44,083 nt of DNA, taken from positions 1 through 44,083 of the forward strand of contig ADNK01001602.1 of NCBI GenBank assembly GCA_000320545.1, given 5' to 3'. A model generated the notes under the pieces. That model searched no databases and was not told the DNA's origin. It saw only the letters and a program-made list of their open reading frames with translations. Each line of letters opens with the position of its first letter. The first letter of the stretch is position 1. Below, piece by piece: positions 22,701 to 32,478 of this stretch. A program made the translations under genes and the position numbers. The stretch comes from Bigelowiella natans CCMP2755. Taxonomy: Eukaryota > Protista > Cercozoa.

Positions 22701-24713
22701 CTGTCGGATGGTCTTGCCGGGGTTCTTCTTCCGTAGCTCGGTAGGTGTAGGTAGCTTGTTGTCCGCTAGGTCCATAAACTCTAACGCATTAACGCTTGAC
22801 TCAGAGGTCCACTCGTCAAGCCGTATCATGTTCTGGCTGATGGTCCTGCCTGACTTCTTTGGCAACTTAGCAAAGTATATCTTGTGATTGTAGAATGATA
22901 TGATCCCCCCTAATTTTTCTAGGGCATCCTGTCCGAGGAGTAGTTCCATGGATAAAGTCATGGCTACTCGGGTCTTGATTTGGGTCTCCGCGTCGCTGCC
23001 AGGTATCTGTAGCTTTAGCATTAGCTCACCGACGGTCTTCATGGAAGAGCTTCCGTCTGCTTGAGCATATTTACGTTCTTTCTTAGTCACTTGATCCAAT
23101 AGTCCTAACCTTCTTACTGTGCTTAGGCTTATGAAGGACTTCGGCATGCTGCCACTATCCCAAAGGGCAGGTAGTTTCTTGTAGTCTCCGTAGCTGTCTT
23201 TAACTTTAACCTTGGTCATAGCAACTTTGATAGTCCTGTTAGCGTCTTCGTCATTAATGTTGCATACTCCTAAGTTCTTTATGTCGTCTAGGGTCATGGG
23301 CTTGTCTTGGTCCTGCGTTGCTGGTACTGCTGTCTTCGTCGGCGCCTGCTTAAGGTGATCTAATATTCCGTTTATCTGCTGCTGTATAGCATTGATACTG
23401 TTCTGCTTTTTGTTCTTATATTTATTGTTCTTCCCGTTGTTGCTGCCTTGCCATTTGCTGTTGTTATATCCTTGTCCTCTGCCTTTCTTTCTCTTTAACT
23501 TCTCGTAGTGTTCGTTGAGCTGCCTGATCGTCATCCTGGGTCGTCCTTCTTTCCTGTCTCTGCAGTCTTTAGCGGTGTGTTTCCCTTTACGTGAGCAGTA
23601 TCCGCAACGTCGGTTACCTTCCCTGTCCTTGTACCAGTCTCGCTGCGGCTTAATAGCGTTAATGTTTCCTATGCCAGGTACCTTAGGGCTGGTAAACTTG
23701 CGGTCCTGCTCCTGCTCGCGTAGGGATATAGCCTGCACTGCTGCCTCCATCGTGGTGTAGCCTTTCTCCGTAACGTAAGTGGATTCCTTTATCTTTAACT
23801 TGAACTCTTCAAACCTTGCCTGATCATCACCTGTGTTGTAATTAAAATCATGTAGTTCGTCGATCATATCCTGGAAGCGCGTGGCAAAGTCTCTAACAGG
23901 TTCTCTCTCATGCTGCATCATTGCTCTGTATTTTCTAATAGCCTGGGGTAGGGAGTTAGCATCCTGTTCATTTACAAAAGCCTTCATTATCGCCTCAACG
24001 TCTCGTAGCCCACTAACTGTAGTGTGTATTTTCTCTAGCTGCCTGATCCGGGTCCTGCCTGTCTCGTAAAGGTCCATGGCTTGCTTTATTATAGCTAGCC
24101 ATTTGAGCTTGTCGTTTTCGGTGGGGTTAGGGGTAAAGTCGCAGAGTATACTCCTAGCGTTCTTCCACCACCTCCTTGCCTCACCTCTTTTCCCGTTGTA
24201 TTTCGTTATCATAACCGGTGCTGTTTTAACAGACATGAACTGGGTGTTCCGCTGTACCGGCTGCTGCTGCTTGACGGTGCTCTGGGTCGTCCCCCGCGAG
24301 GCGCCCAGACCCCCGTCGTTCCTAAACAAAGCTGCCCACTCTGGAGGTAAGTCTGCTTCGTAATCCATGATGTCCTGCATGATAGCTGCCCAAACATCAT
24401 GTGTCTGATACTTGTATTCTATCGATACTTTCAGTTTGGCGTAGTTGCTCGCCCTGGGTCGCAAGGCTCGTAATGCCATTACGACCTTCTTGCTTTCGGC
24501 GGCCACGTCCTCGTCGTCCGCCTCGTAGAAGTTCTCCAGTGCCTCTGCTGCTGCATCTGCTTTCTTAATCCCGGGTGCTGGTCCCGGCGGTGCCTGTGGA
24601 GGTGTTCCTCCTCCTTCCTTAGCGTCCGTATCGCCCTTCCTTTCCTGTTTCTGCTCGTGCCCTTGCACGGCCTGCGAGCCAAAGTCCTGCTGTTCTTCTA
24701 GCTGCTGTGACAT
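19740..24713 (-). CDS. Gag-Pol polyprotein (1657 aa): Gag with CCHC knuckle, aspartic protease, RT, RNase H, integrase, SH3-like region, C-terminal methyltransferase-like extension
   Basis: CGYCSRKGKHTAKDC; LWDSGS; SSLDKNESY...FPYGL...YVDDD; WTDWS...GEY...TDHKPL...LADYFSR; H-x3-H...CRC; QIDVY...VDNE...SNSKVERLHRTL. Confidence 0.95.
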   Translation of the reverse strand: MSQQLEEQQDFGSQAVQGHEQKQERKGDTDAKEGGGTPPQAPPGPAPGIKKADAAAEALENFYEADDEDVAAESKKVVMALRALRPRASNYAKLKVSIEYKYQTHDVWAAIMQDIMDYEADLPPEWAALFRNDGGLGASRGTTQSTVKQQQPVQRNTQFMSVKTAPVMITKYNGKRGEARRWWKNARSILCDFTPNPTENDKLKWLAIIKQAMDLYETGRTRIRQLEKIHTTVSGLRDVEAIMKAFVNEQDANSLPQAIRKYRAMMQHEREPVRDFATRFQDMIDELHDFNYNTGDDQARFEEFKLKIKESTYVTEKGYTTMEAAVQAISLREQEQDRKFTSPKVPGIGNINAIKPQRDWYKDREGNRRCGYCSRKGKHTAKDCRDRKEGRPRMTIRQLNEHYEKLKRKKGRGQGYNNSKWQGSNNGKNNKYKNKKQNSINAIQQQINGILDHLKQAPTKTAVPATQDQDKPMTLDDIKNLGVCNINDEDANRTIKVAMTKVKVKDSYGDYKKLPALWDSGSMPKSFISLSTVRRLGLLDQVTKKERKYAQADGSSSMKTVGELMLKLQIPGSDAETQIKTRVAMTLSMELLLGQDALEKLGGIISFYNHKIYFAKLPKKSGRTISQNMIRLDEWTSESSVNALEFMDLADNKLPTPTELRKKNPGKTIRQITELLDKTPPADDWDIDKGKKYINKILNEKYSDITKPTTKPSSKLTPVKIELKKGYEECIINDPEHRRPEADWEKIEWQINEWAKEGKIEPSNSPWNVRHVLAKKPTYPFFRLAHNFIRHNRVIKRIQTPTPRIDDVIEHVIGYKYYSSLDKNESYMQTPIHKTSRPITAFSSRHRKWHFVVFPYGLSISGDAFSSQNYRAYTHDGMASVLWVFVFVYVDDDIICTNTVVAQIFLLENIFIRFAHFGFTIRLQKCTFLATRIKWCGYYLEQGRITPNPEKVAALQQAPKPKNAKELKSFLQTAAWILRRFSPTYARTAAAFTTAYRKENSVGLSFAKVWAKAGLDAHFDNLIKLCSNTLLNAKLDTTRPATLWTDWSKLGMAAVLTQDQQIIRVWGRACTAAEAKYSPTKGEYKAMTEAQRKLRYYLLSVPSFTLMTDHKPLLGIDRKLEAPNDEYAAMRADTEEFRDKRTVVYAPGDKQLADYFSRLFEKKVPTQVTPMVNAITFEDGDFLPEPEELQHLQEHLDKYKHKHEVLSDRIYVYTNNVRRTYVPRRTRGALLFTAHGPAHVGENHITALLYHYYWPYKLKEIRTYLRGCRCSSLKAAGVATKESSKSRASKKIKARNFLDIVQIDVYKYDGYHYLTFVDVATGKCWVKKIIKVNVAKKNKGLYKQRLTNCYRTWESELQAIPDEVSINKIPKKLHVDNETSLLQLPHPNIDASPVYYAQSNSKVERLHRTLANLSRINSTTPDKIQGLVNDTFTSGGGIKDKEREEGDDNDDDTESEDEKVPYDGRVLKEGQYVRAKVNLRSRNKQDPFWGGVAKVTERKGRKQYYIYDGNRVTLRHISHLKNYDIGEKLLEDVKVNPTVWERAMPCLGPRPKFDVEYGNNKVRVNDDWRMKIVYLGYPGLRNMERVAMKIKDGKYQLLYLAVPDLPFEHWYKVLGDLDAEGWYGHEPKDEGEFWVSDKGDKVREESITWWLVKFRKR

Positions 24714-24729
24714 TGTTAGTCAAATCGTT

Positions 24730-24747
24730 TCCCGTGTGTGGAAGCCA
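24730..24747 (-). promoter_or_regulatory. Putative primer-binding site TGGCTTCCACACACGGGA
   Basis: Begins with TGG (complement of tRNA CCA) 5 nt inside the 5' LTR boundary and is conserved in the old copy (~35485-35502). The cognate tRNA was not determined. Confidence 0.65.
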
Positions 24748-24752
24748 AAGGT

Positions 24753-25078
24753 TGTTGCGCGTAAGGTGTTCACAGGCCGAGGCGCTACGTGCACAAGTAG
24801 GCAGGGGGGGGAAAGGCACGTTTGCTTCCTTTTGAAGAGTTGTGTTTATTTTTATTAAAGATTATATTTTTATTAAATCGTGCACTGCGTAATCATTCGC
24901 GAAGCTTTCGCGAATGCCGCCGCACGTGGGGCAGCACACTTCCGGTGTGCTGCCATGAGTCCCGCCGGAACCCACGTGCCTATGCTGTATTAATATCTAC
25001 GTTATCTATATTCTATATCCGCGACAACCCCCTTTGTTGTCGCACGTGACTTGTGCCCGCGTAGTGGTACGCGCTACA
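24753..25078 (-). repeat. 5' LTR of the intact Gypsy element
   Basis: Direct repeat of 19363-19688, adjacent to the PBS. Confidence 0.95.
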
Positions 25079-26111
25079 GCGCACGATTGCAATCGCCAAA
25101 TTCGACTCCCCACTGACCTCTCTGCTAGCCCCCCACCTCGACTTTTTTGCGGCGGTTTGTCGTCATCTCAAAGTCGCGATGACGTGTGACACGTGGTGAG
25201 TGCACGTTGCGGGCCTGCGATGTGTGGACTTGCAAGTCCCCGTCCAGCTGTGCGTGTGGTCTGTGACGTGTGCATCGACCACTTCACGTGCACCTCTGAC
25301 TTCACACGTGGCAAAAGAGCACGTGTGCTTTTTTCAGTGCACGTGAAGGATGGGCACACGTGTGTGCACGTTGCGCGTGGGGTGCCGCTCGGTGCTCAAG
25401 GCAAAGGCGCTGCGTGCACAAGGGGGGAAGGGGGACACGTTTGCTTCCTTTTGGATGGTTGATTCATTTTCATTGACAAACACGTTGTCATTGAATCGTG
25501 CACTGCGTGTTCATTCGCGAAGCTTTCGCGAAGCCGTCGCACGTGGGGCAGCACACCGGAAGTGTGCTGCCATGGGTCCCGCCGGAACCCACGTGCCTGT
25601 GCCACATTGACATCTACGTTGTCCATGTTCCACATCCGCGACAACCCCTTTGTTGTCGCACGTGACTTGTGCCCGCGCAGTGGCACGCGCTGCACCTCCC
25701 GCAAGTCACGTTGCTCCTTCCTTCCTTCCTTGTTCCCTTGGACCTTTGTCGCTTTCGGAACTTCACCAGCCACCAGGTGACAGATTCCTCTCCAACATCA
25801 TCTCCTTTGTCGCTTGCCCAGAACTCACCTTCATCCTCAGGTTCGTGTCCATGCCAGCTCTCTGCATCAAGGTCCCCCAGGACCTCATGCCAGTGCTCGA
25901 AAGGCAAGTCGGGAACAGCTAGGTGGAGCAGCTGATGTTTTCCGTCCTTTGTTTTCATGGCCACCCTCTCCACATTTCGCAATCCAGGGTGGCCTAGGTG
26001 GACAATCTTCATGCGCCAATCGTCGTTCACCCTGACCTCATTGTTTCCACATTCCACATCGAACTTGGGTCGGGGTCCTGAGCAAGGCATGGCTCGCTCC
26101 CACACGGTGGG

Positions 26112-26769
26112 GCGTGAAATTGCGGCTGTTCAGTGCCAGTGCAATGACGCCTAGCGCACAACACTGGATGGATGCAACAATTTCACAAGCAACATCGTGC
26201 ACGTGCATGACATGGATGGGCAGATGAGCAATTGGAAGGCTCTCGGAATGTTCCGAGATGCATTCCCAGAACATTCTTCAGAACATTCTGTGCGCGCGCA
26301 TGCTGATTCATCGGTGCAGGAGTGTGTCACTTCTCAAGTTGACACACTGCTGCATCAGGTGAAACCTCATTCAATCACATCACGACTTCTCAAGTTGACA
26401 CACTGCTGCATCAGGCCCTTGGCGTGCGCACTGATTGGCAGTGCACATTGTGCAGCGGAAGCGTGCAAAAGGCTGCATCTGAGAAGTGATTGCTGCAGAT
26501 TCTGAGTGAATCTTTGCGGGTCATGAAGTCCATGCGCAATGATGCGAAAATTCCCTTGCCAAAGTGCACTGGCAAGGACCCCACTCTGTTCCAAGAATGG
26601 TTTTCCAGGTTGACTGCTCACCTGAATGCACAGGGGAAAAGAGTGAGACAAGCACTGCACGGCAAAGGACCGTTCAAAGGATGCACCTTCACGGTTGCCA
26701 CAGTGCAAGATGGTGTCGATGACACAGCCAACCTCCTGGCTGAGCTGGGCCCACCGAATGGCCCCGTTC
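26112..26769 (+). mobile_element. Nested hypermutated fragment of a different retroelement (gag N-terminus-like) replacing ~2.5 kb of Gypsy pol
   Basis: No homology to the intact element. ORF IPLPKCTGKDPTLFQEWFSRLTAHLNA reverts to a gag-like IPLPKYTG...W...AYL. A 31-bp direct repeat (ACTTCTCAAGTTGACACACTGCTGCATCAGG) lies at ~26329 and ~26385. Confidence 0.5.
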
Positions 26770-28279
26770 ACATCCCAATCATCAGCTGGGGGGGTCTTGT
26801 CCAGTTGCTCTGTTGTCTGTCGGATGGTCTTGCCGGGGTTCTTCTTCCGTGTCTCGGCAGGTGGAGGCAGCTCATTGTCCGCTAGCATCCATGAACTCCA
26901 ACGCATTGACGCTTGACTCAGATGTCCACTGGTCAAGCCGCATCACGTTCTGGCTGATGGTTCTGCCAGACCGCTTCGGTGACTTGGCGCAGTGCACCTT
27001 GTGATTGCAGAATGACACGATCCCCCCCAATTTTTCCAGGGTGTCCTGTCCGAGGAGCAGTTCCATGGACAAAGTCATGGCCACTCGGGTCTTGATCTGG
27101 GTCTCCGCGTCGCTGCCAGGTGTCTGTGGCTTTGGCATCAACTCGCCGACGGTCCTCATGGAGGAGTTGCCGTCAGCTTGAGCAAACTTTCGTTCTTTCT
27201 CAGCAACCTGATCCAATGGTCCCAACCTTCTCACTGTGCTTGCTGGCTTGGGCTCACGAAGGACTTCGGCATGCTGCCACTGTCCCAAAGGGCAGGTGGT
27301 TTCTTGTGGTCTCCGCAGCTGTCTTTGACTTTGATCTTGGTCATGGCAACCTTGATGGTCCTGTTGGCGTCTTCGTCATTGATGTTGCATGCTCCTGAGT
27401 TCTTCACGTCGTCCAGGGTCATGGGCTTGTCTTGGTCCTGCGTTGCTGGCACTGCTGTCTTCGTCGGCGCCTGCTCAAGGTGGTCCAATGTTCCGTTTGT
27501 CTGCTGCTGCATGGCATTGACACTGTTCTGCTTCTTGCTCTTGTGTTTGCTGTTCTTTCCATTGTTGTTGCCTTGCCATCTGTTGTTGTCACATCCTTGT
27601 CCTCTGCCTTTCTTTCGCTCTTCAACTTCTCGCAGTGTTCGTTGAGCTGCCCAATCGTCATCCTGGGCCGTCCTTCTTTCCTGTCTCTGCAGTCTTCAGC
27701 GGTGTGCTTCCCTTTGCGTGAGCAGTGTCCGCAGCGCCTGTTCCCCTCCCTGTCCTTGCACCAGTCCCGCTGCAGCTTGATGGCGTTGATGTTTCCCATT
27801 CCAGGCACTTTGGGGCTGGTGAACTTGCGGTCCTGCTCCTGCTCGCGCAAGGATGTGGCCTGCACTGCTGCCTCCATCGTCGTGTGGCCTTTCTCCGCAA
27901 CGTGAGCAGATTCCTTTGTCTTCAATTTGAATTCCTCAAACCTTGCCTGATCATCACCTGTGTTGCAATTGAAATCATGCAGTTCGTCGATCACATCCTG
28001 GAAGCGCGTGGCAAAGTCTCTGACAGGTTCTCTCTCATGCTGCATCATTGCTCTGCATTTTCCAATGGCCTGAGATGGGGAGTTAGCGTCCTGTTCATTT
28101 GCGAAAGTCCAAATTGTCGCCTCAACGTCTCGTAGCCCACCAACTGCAGTGTGTTTTTCTCCAGCTGCCTGATTCGGGTCCTGCCTGTCTCGCAAAGGTC
28201 CATGGCTTGCTTCATCACAGCTAGCCATTTGAGCTTGTCACTTTCGGTGGGGTCAGGGGTGAAGTCACAGAGCACACTC

Positions 28280-28635
28280 GCAGCAGGGTGCACACCACAC
28301 CCCACATTTGATTTCCCATTTGCCGTTGGCAGGGGAATGACACAAAATTTTCATTTCAAAAATTCACCCACTGACGACCTACTGCTGAACTGAATTGCTA
28401 GAATGACATGGCAAAATTGCACGAGCATGACATGTCAAGTGTTCGACATTTGATTTCCCATCAGCAATCAGTAGCAAAATGTGCGAAAATGCGCAACATG
28501 AAAGCTTCACCTGCTGACGACCCACTGCTGAACTGAATTGCTAGAATGACATGATGAAAATCACAGGCACATCCCATGTGTTTTGTGAAAACAATCTTTG
28601 TTAAAAATGACATGGCAAAATCCACAGCAGAGCAT
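28280..28635 (+). repeat. Left inverted repeat (contains an internal duplicated CTGACGAC...GAATGACATG unit)
   Basis: Matches 34795-35106 (inverted) and 15709-15906 (direct). Confidence 0.9.
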
Positions 28636-28678
28636 TGCGTCATCACCCACACAGCAGAATTTCTCATGCATCATGGAA

Positions 28679-30691
28679 TTAAGTCTCCTTTTCCTCTAGT
28701 TCCAGAACACCTGGAAGGACAAATAGGTACTGACCGAGCTCCGATTTCAGCTGGGGAAAACCATCAACTTTTCCATATTCTACAACTTTCCCATTGGATT
28801 TTATATAGGATTGGTAGGCAAAATCTTTGACGTAGTCTTTGCCTCCACGCGAACTTCCCTCTGGGAGAACAAAAATGAGAACGTACCCTTCCAAATCCGA
28901 ATGTCTCTCTTTGGCCGCCTTCCACACTGCCCCGATTCCAGCAGTTTTAACAGGATGTCTAAGGGAAAATGTTATTTGAATAAGATACAAAATTTTCCCG
29001 GATATGAACAGTGAATCTATGCTTTCCAGGTTGCGCCAACTAGGCTCGTAGTAGGTATCGACTTTGAATTCACAATCTTGGAAGTTTTTCTGTGTGAAGT
29101 ACTCGTGCCCCTTGATGTTCTTTAAATCAACTTCAAGATCAGGGCCAGTCTTCTTGTCTGGCGTAACTAGTTTCCTAGTCGGCTTGAAAATGCCATCCAT
29201 GTTGGTAAAATGCATTGTGGTCAATCGTTCCAACCAATCTGCGTATTCGTGGTTCTCTATTGCCCCCTTTGCTGCCGCTGAAACCTTGTACCTTGCCATT
29301 TTGATGAAAAAAGTCGTGAACTTCTTACGAAAAAGGTTGGATACGTATGCACTAGCGAATCGGAAGTAATACTCCCTTCCAAGACCCCTGTTTTGAGGCA
29401 CCATGTGTGCCAGTCGACCAGAACTGAAAGCCTCCGCACTCTGATTTGTGGGGTAAAAAAAATCCTCCAGTTCGTTTCTTCTTACACTATCCACCAATTT
29501 GTCGATATCTTCGGAATCTTCGGATTTCTCAAAAATGTAGCGAAGAGAGGGTCCCCATTTTTTCATTCGCTCATTCATCTCAGATTTACTGAGCTGCGTG
29601 TAGCACCTTGAACGACAATCCCTAATTTCTTCCGAAAGCCACGTTGGAAAAATAATCATCTCATGTGCTGTCTTACCGAACAAGTCGTTCATGTCCCTAT
29701 ATTTATTCTTAGTGAGTAGGCTGGCCCTCTTTGGAGAAACCCATCCGACATGGATGATTAACTGGTTGTCTAAATCAGCAATTGGGTTGTCCCCTTGTGG
29801 GTCAATGAAGTTGAACACCTTACCTTCTGACACAGATAGCAAACAACGTATTGCATCATCCTCTTTACGGATGATTTCAATTTCGCCATGCTTGGGAAAT
29901 TGTTTTGGGATCCAAGCCCAAAGCCTTCCGAATTGAAAAAGGCACGGATACTCGAAAACCTCTTTCAATTTTTTCAACACTATGAGCGCTGCTGTGGTCT
30001 TTCCTCCCCCGGGCATGCCCGTGATGAGAAATTTGTCTACATTTCCACTCTGAAGCAACTCTTTAATTTTTCCTGCTATCTCAAAATAGCAAGAACGGCA
30101 ATAAACGACTTGTGAATGTTGATTCCTGAGGATTTCTCTATTCCAACGGAGGATGCCATACTTCCTATCTCTCCCAGTAGGATCCTCGATATTTTCGATC
30201 TTCGTTTCGAACAACACTTTGAAATCATTTTGGTATTTTTTCCTCGCCGTCTCGATCTCTGTTTTTCTTAACGCTCCGCTTTCATCAATTTCCATGGCTG
30301 AACACACAGGCAAAACTATCTCAGCACACCAATTGCTCATCAGATGTTACAAAAATACATTACCGGTTGCATCCTCGAATTTCTTTGACACGTCCTTCAG
30401 TTCTGCCTCCTTCGCCTGAATTTCCTCGTCCAATTTGTCAATAGCACCCTTGAGCGCCTCTTCTTTCTCCTTATTCTTCTCCGTTGCCCAAGCGATGCTC
30501 AAAGCTTTTCTTTCATCCCTCAATTTCAAGATTTCCTGCTTTGTAAGTTGGATCTGATTTCCCCATACCTCAGAACGCTGAGAACACATCAAAGCTTAAG
30601 CTCCCGAACGCAAGCCTCGTAGGATAAGTACCTGTGCTTTCGAACTTCTCCTGCTAGGGATTCTTTCATCTACCTTCCCACTACGCTTCAT
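28679..30691 (-). CDS. Crinkler/RHS-like protein: N-terminal coiled coil + P-loop NTPase + PD-(D/E)xK-type (REase-fold) nuclease; 3 exons
   Basis: VYCRSCY...FLITGMPGGGKTT (Walker A); FPTWLSEEI...KWGPSLRYIF; YYEPSWRNLESIDSL...LYLIQITFSLRHPVK is a typical CRN/RHS C-terminus. Introns at 30298-30363 and ~30578-30631 give an open frame from MKRSGKVDE (30691). Confidence 0.8.
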
Positions 30692-30937
30692 CGAGTCTGA
30701 TTTCGAGTCTGGTGTGAAGATCTTCACGGGAGACTCTCGTTGCGGCGAATCCCCGGAAAGAGCATTACCGGGAGTATTACCGGTATTGCCCGTTAGTGTC
30801 CGTTAGTGTCCGAAGATTAGGGACTCCCATTTTCATCCCGGAATGCCCAGCAGCGGGGAGAGTCTCCGGTGAAGAACTGACACGTGTGGCTGATATGGCA
30901 AAGACATTAAATGTCAAATTTTCGGGCACACGATGCC

Positions 30938-31700
30938 TCAAAGCTCCAGCCCAGTGATGGTGTTTTCGTACCCAGGTTTCACCCATTGATCCTCAAAGCC
31001 ATCTTCAAACTCAACATCCTGAGGGGTGTACTCACCAAATGCTGGGTAAGTCTGTTGATTATTTCTACTAAGATTACATTCCACACAAGTCAATCTACAA
31101 TCATTCCACAGATGAGGTTGAGCATTATCAATTCTATCCACAGAAACATTATCAGCAGTAAATCCACATCTACACACAGGGCAGTGAGGGTGATTATTAA
31201 CAGTTCTTTTCATCCATTTCTCATCAATATGTTCCTTCTCTTCCCATGTTCTACCAGCTCTTTTGTCCTGAGATCTATACGAAGACACTTTCATTCGTAG
31301 TTTTTGAGTAATCATACTTTCCTTTAATCTGTAGCATTCTTTATCGCTGTGCTGATATATTTGTATCTGTGATAGGTCAGTGGAGCGAGTCATAGCAGTC
31401 CAGAGCCACTTGCGATTAATTCTACAGGTATTTGCATCAAACACGGTGATAGGACCATCAACTGATAATCCTTGGAAACTATGACAGGTAGAGGCATATG
31501 ACAATCTAAAATGCTTACTAATTAATTCTATAGGAATTCTTATTTCTTCCATATCACATACATCTTGTATTACAAATTCTTTTTTATTTACTTTAATAAT
31601 TTCATAAGTGTAGTTCACATATAGTTTTGGTTTCTTATTGTACTTTTTACATACAATCTCCATACCAGCATAGTAGCTATGTGTGTGATGCTTGGATATT
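30938..31700 (-). pseudogene. 5'-truncated SF1 (RecD/Pif1-like) helicase C-terminus fused to an HNH-type endonuclease, as in Polinton-like-virus replication proteins
   Basis: Helicase motif V YASTCHSFQGLS and motif VI LWTAMTRS, then CPVC...SVDRIDNAQPHLWNDCRLTCVECN. The N-terminal helicase motifs are absent; an in-frame stop/junction lies near 31700. Confidence 0.75.
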
Positions 31701-31823
31701 TAATTGGTAGAGTATCGGCATCAATTAGTGATTTAGACCCTACAAATGATTATTTGATTATAAATTAAAAAAATATTTTTTTTTGAAATTTTGTTAATGA
31801 AAATTATCTAAATCTTTATAACT

Positions 31824-32429
31824 ATGAGTTCTTCTACCGCACATTTCCGTAATTCAGTTTTAATTGATGGATTACTTACCGGTCCTACTATTGTTAGAAT
31901 AGACACCGAAAAAACTGCTGTTCTTAACAGTCTTAATCAACAAATTTCTGACTTTCAAATAGCAGAAACAAACAATGCTCAAGCAAGAGCAGATTTACAA
32001 AATCAAATTGATAATGCTAATGCTTCTATGACTCAGGCTATGGGTGATTTAACCCAACTTGTTGATGACAACAAAGCAGATATTGAATGTAAATTAGCAA
32101 CAGAAACTAATGAAAGACTTTCATTAGCAAGTGAAGTAAGCAACAGAAATGCATTTGTAGATGGTGAAATTACCAGACTTGACCAACAACATGCTGATGA
32201 TGATGCTAGACTTACAGCTGTTGAAGCAACACAAGCTACTTTTAATTTAGATGTAGAATCTAAAATTCAAGAGAGAATTGATGCTCACAATGCTGATCTT
32301 GATAATACCCTTCCTCGTTTAGCAAAATTAGAAGAGTATTTTGAAATCGATGAATCAGGAACAGAACCAGTTGTAAGAATTAAAGGAGGTGTTAAATTTG
32401 AAGTAAGTGGCGATTTCGTCCAAGGTTAG
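31824..32429 (+). CDS. Viral-like coiled-coil protein (possible fibre or structural protein)
   Basis: Intronless, AT-rich and tightly packed; central heptad-like region. Its C-terminus resembles that of the next ORF. Confidence 0.6.
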   Translation: MSSSTAHFRNSVLIDGLLTGPTIVRIDTEKTAVLNSLNQQISDFQIAETNNAQARADLQNQIDNANASMTQAMGDLTQLVDDNKADIECKLATETNERLSLASEVSNRNAFVDGEITRLDQQHADDDARLTAVEATQATFNLDVESKIQERIDAHNADLDNTLPRLAKLEEYFEIDESGTEPVVRIKGGVKFEVSGDFVQG

Positions 32430-32478
32430 ATTACAAATGTGATTTAAATAACATATAAAAATCTAACAATTAATAATA

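Larger units (their letters stand above)
19363..25078 (-). mobile_element. Intact, recently inserted Ty3/Gypsy LTR retrotransposon
   Basis: Apparently identical 326-bp LTRs (TG...CA) at 19363-19688 and 24753-25078. 4-bp TSD GCGC (19359-19362 / 25079-25082). PBS and PPT present; single gag-pol ORF with domain order PR-RT-RH-IN. Confidence 0.97.

Noticed and set aside
26329-26415. CRISPR-like repeat-spacer-repeat (31-bp repeat x2)
   Set aside because: Only two copies, in a eukaryotic retroelement context, with no cas genes.
19363-28279. Classical RIP (CpA->TpA), making the TA-rich copy the mutated one
   Set aside because: The TA-rich copy has an uninterrupted 1657-aa ORF, intact catalytic motifs and identical LTRs. 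Heavy RIP would have added stops and diverged the LTRs.
25168-28667. Many overlapping His/Cys-rich ORFs in the ORF track (also 11325-12346, 34363-36110, 40524-41391)
   Set aside because: A by-product of hypermutation: loss of TA removes TAA/TAG stops and Tyr codons in all frames.
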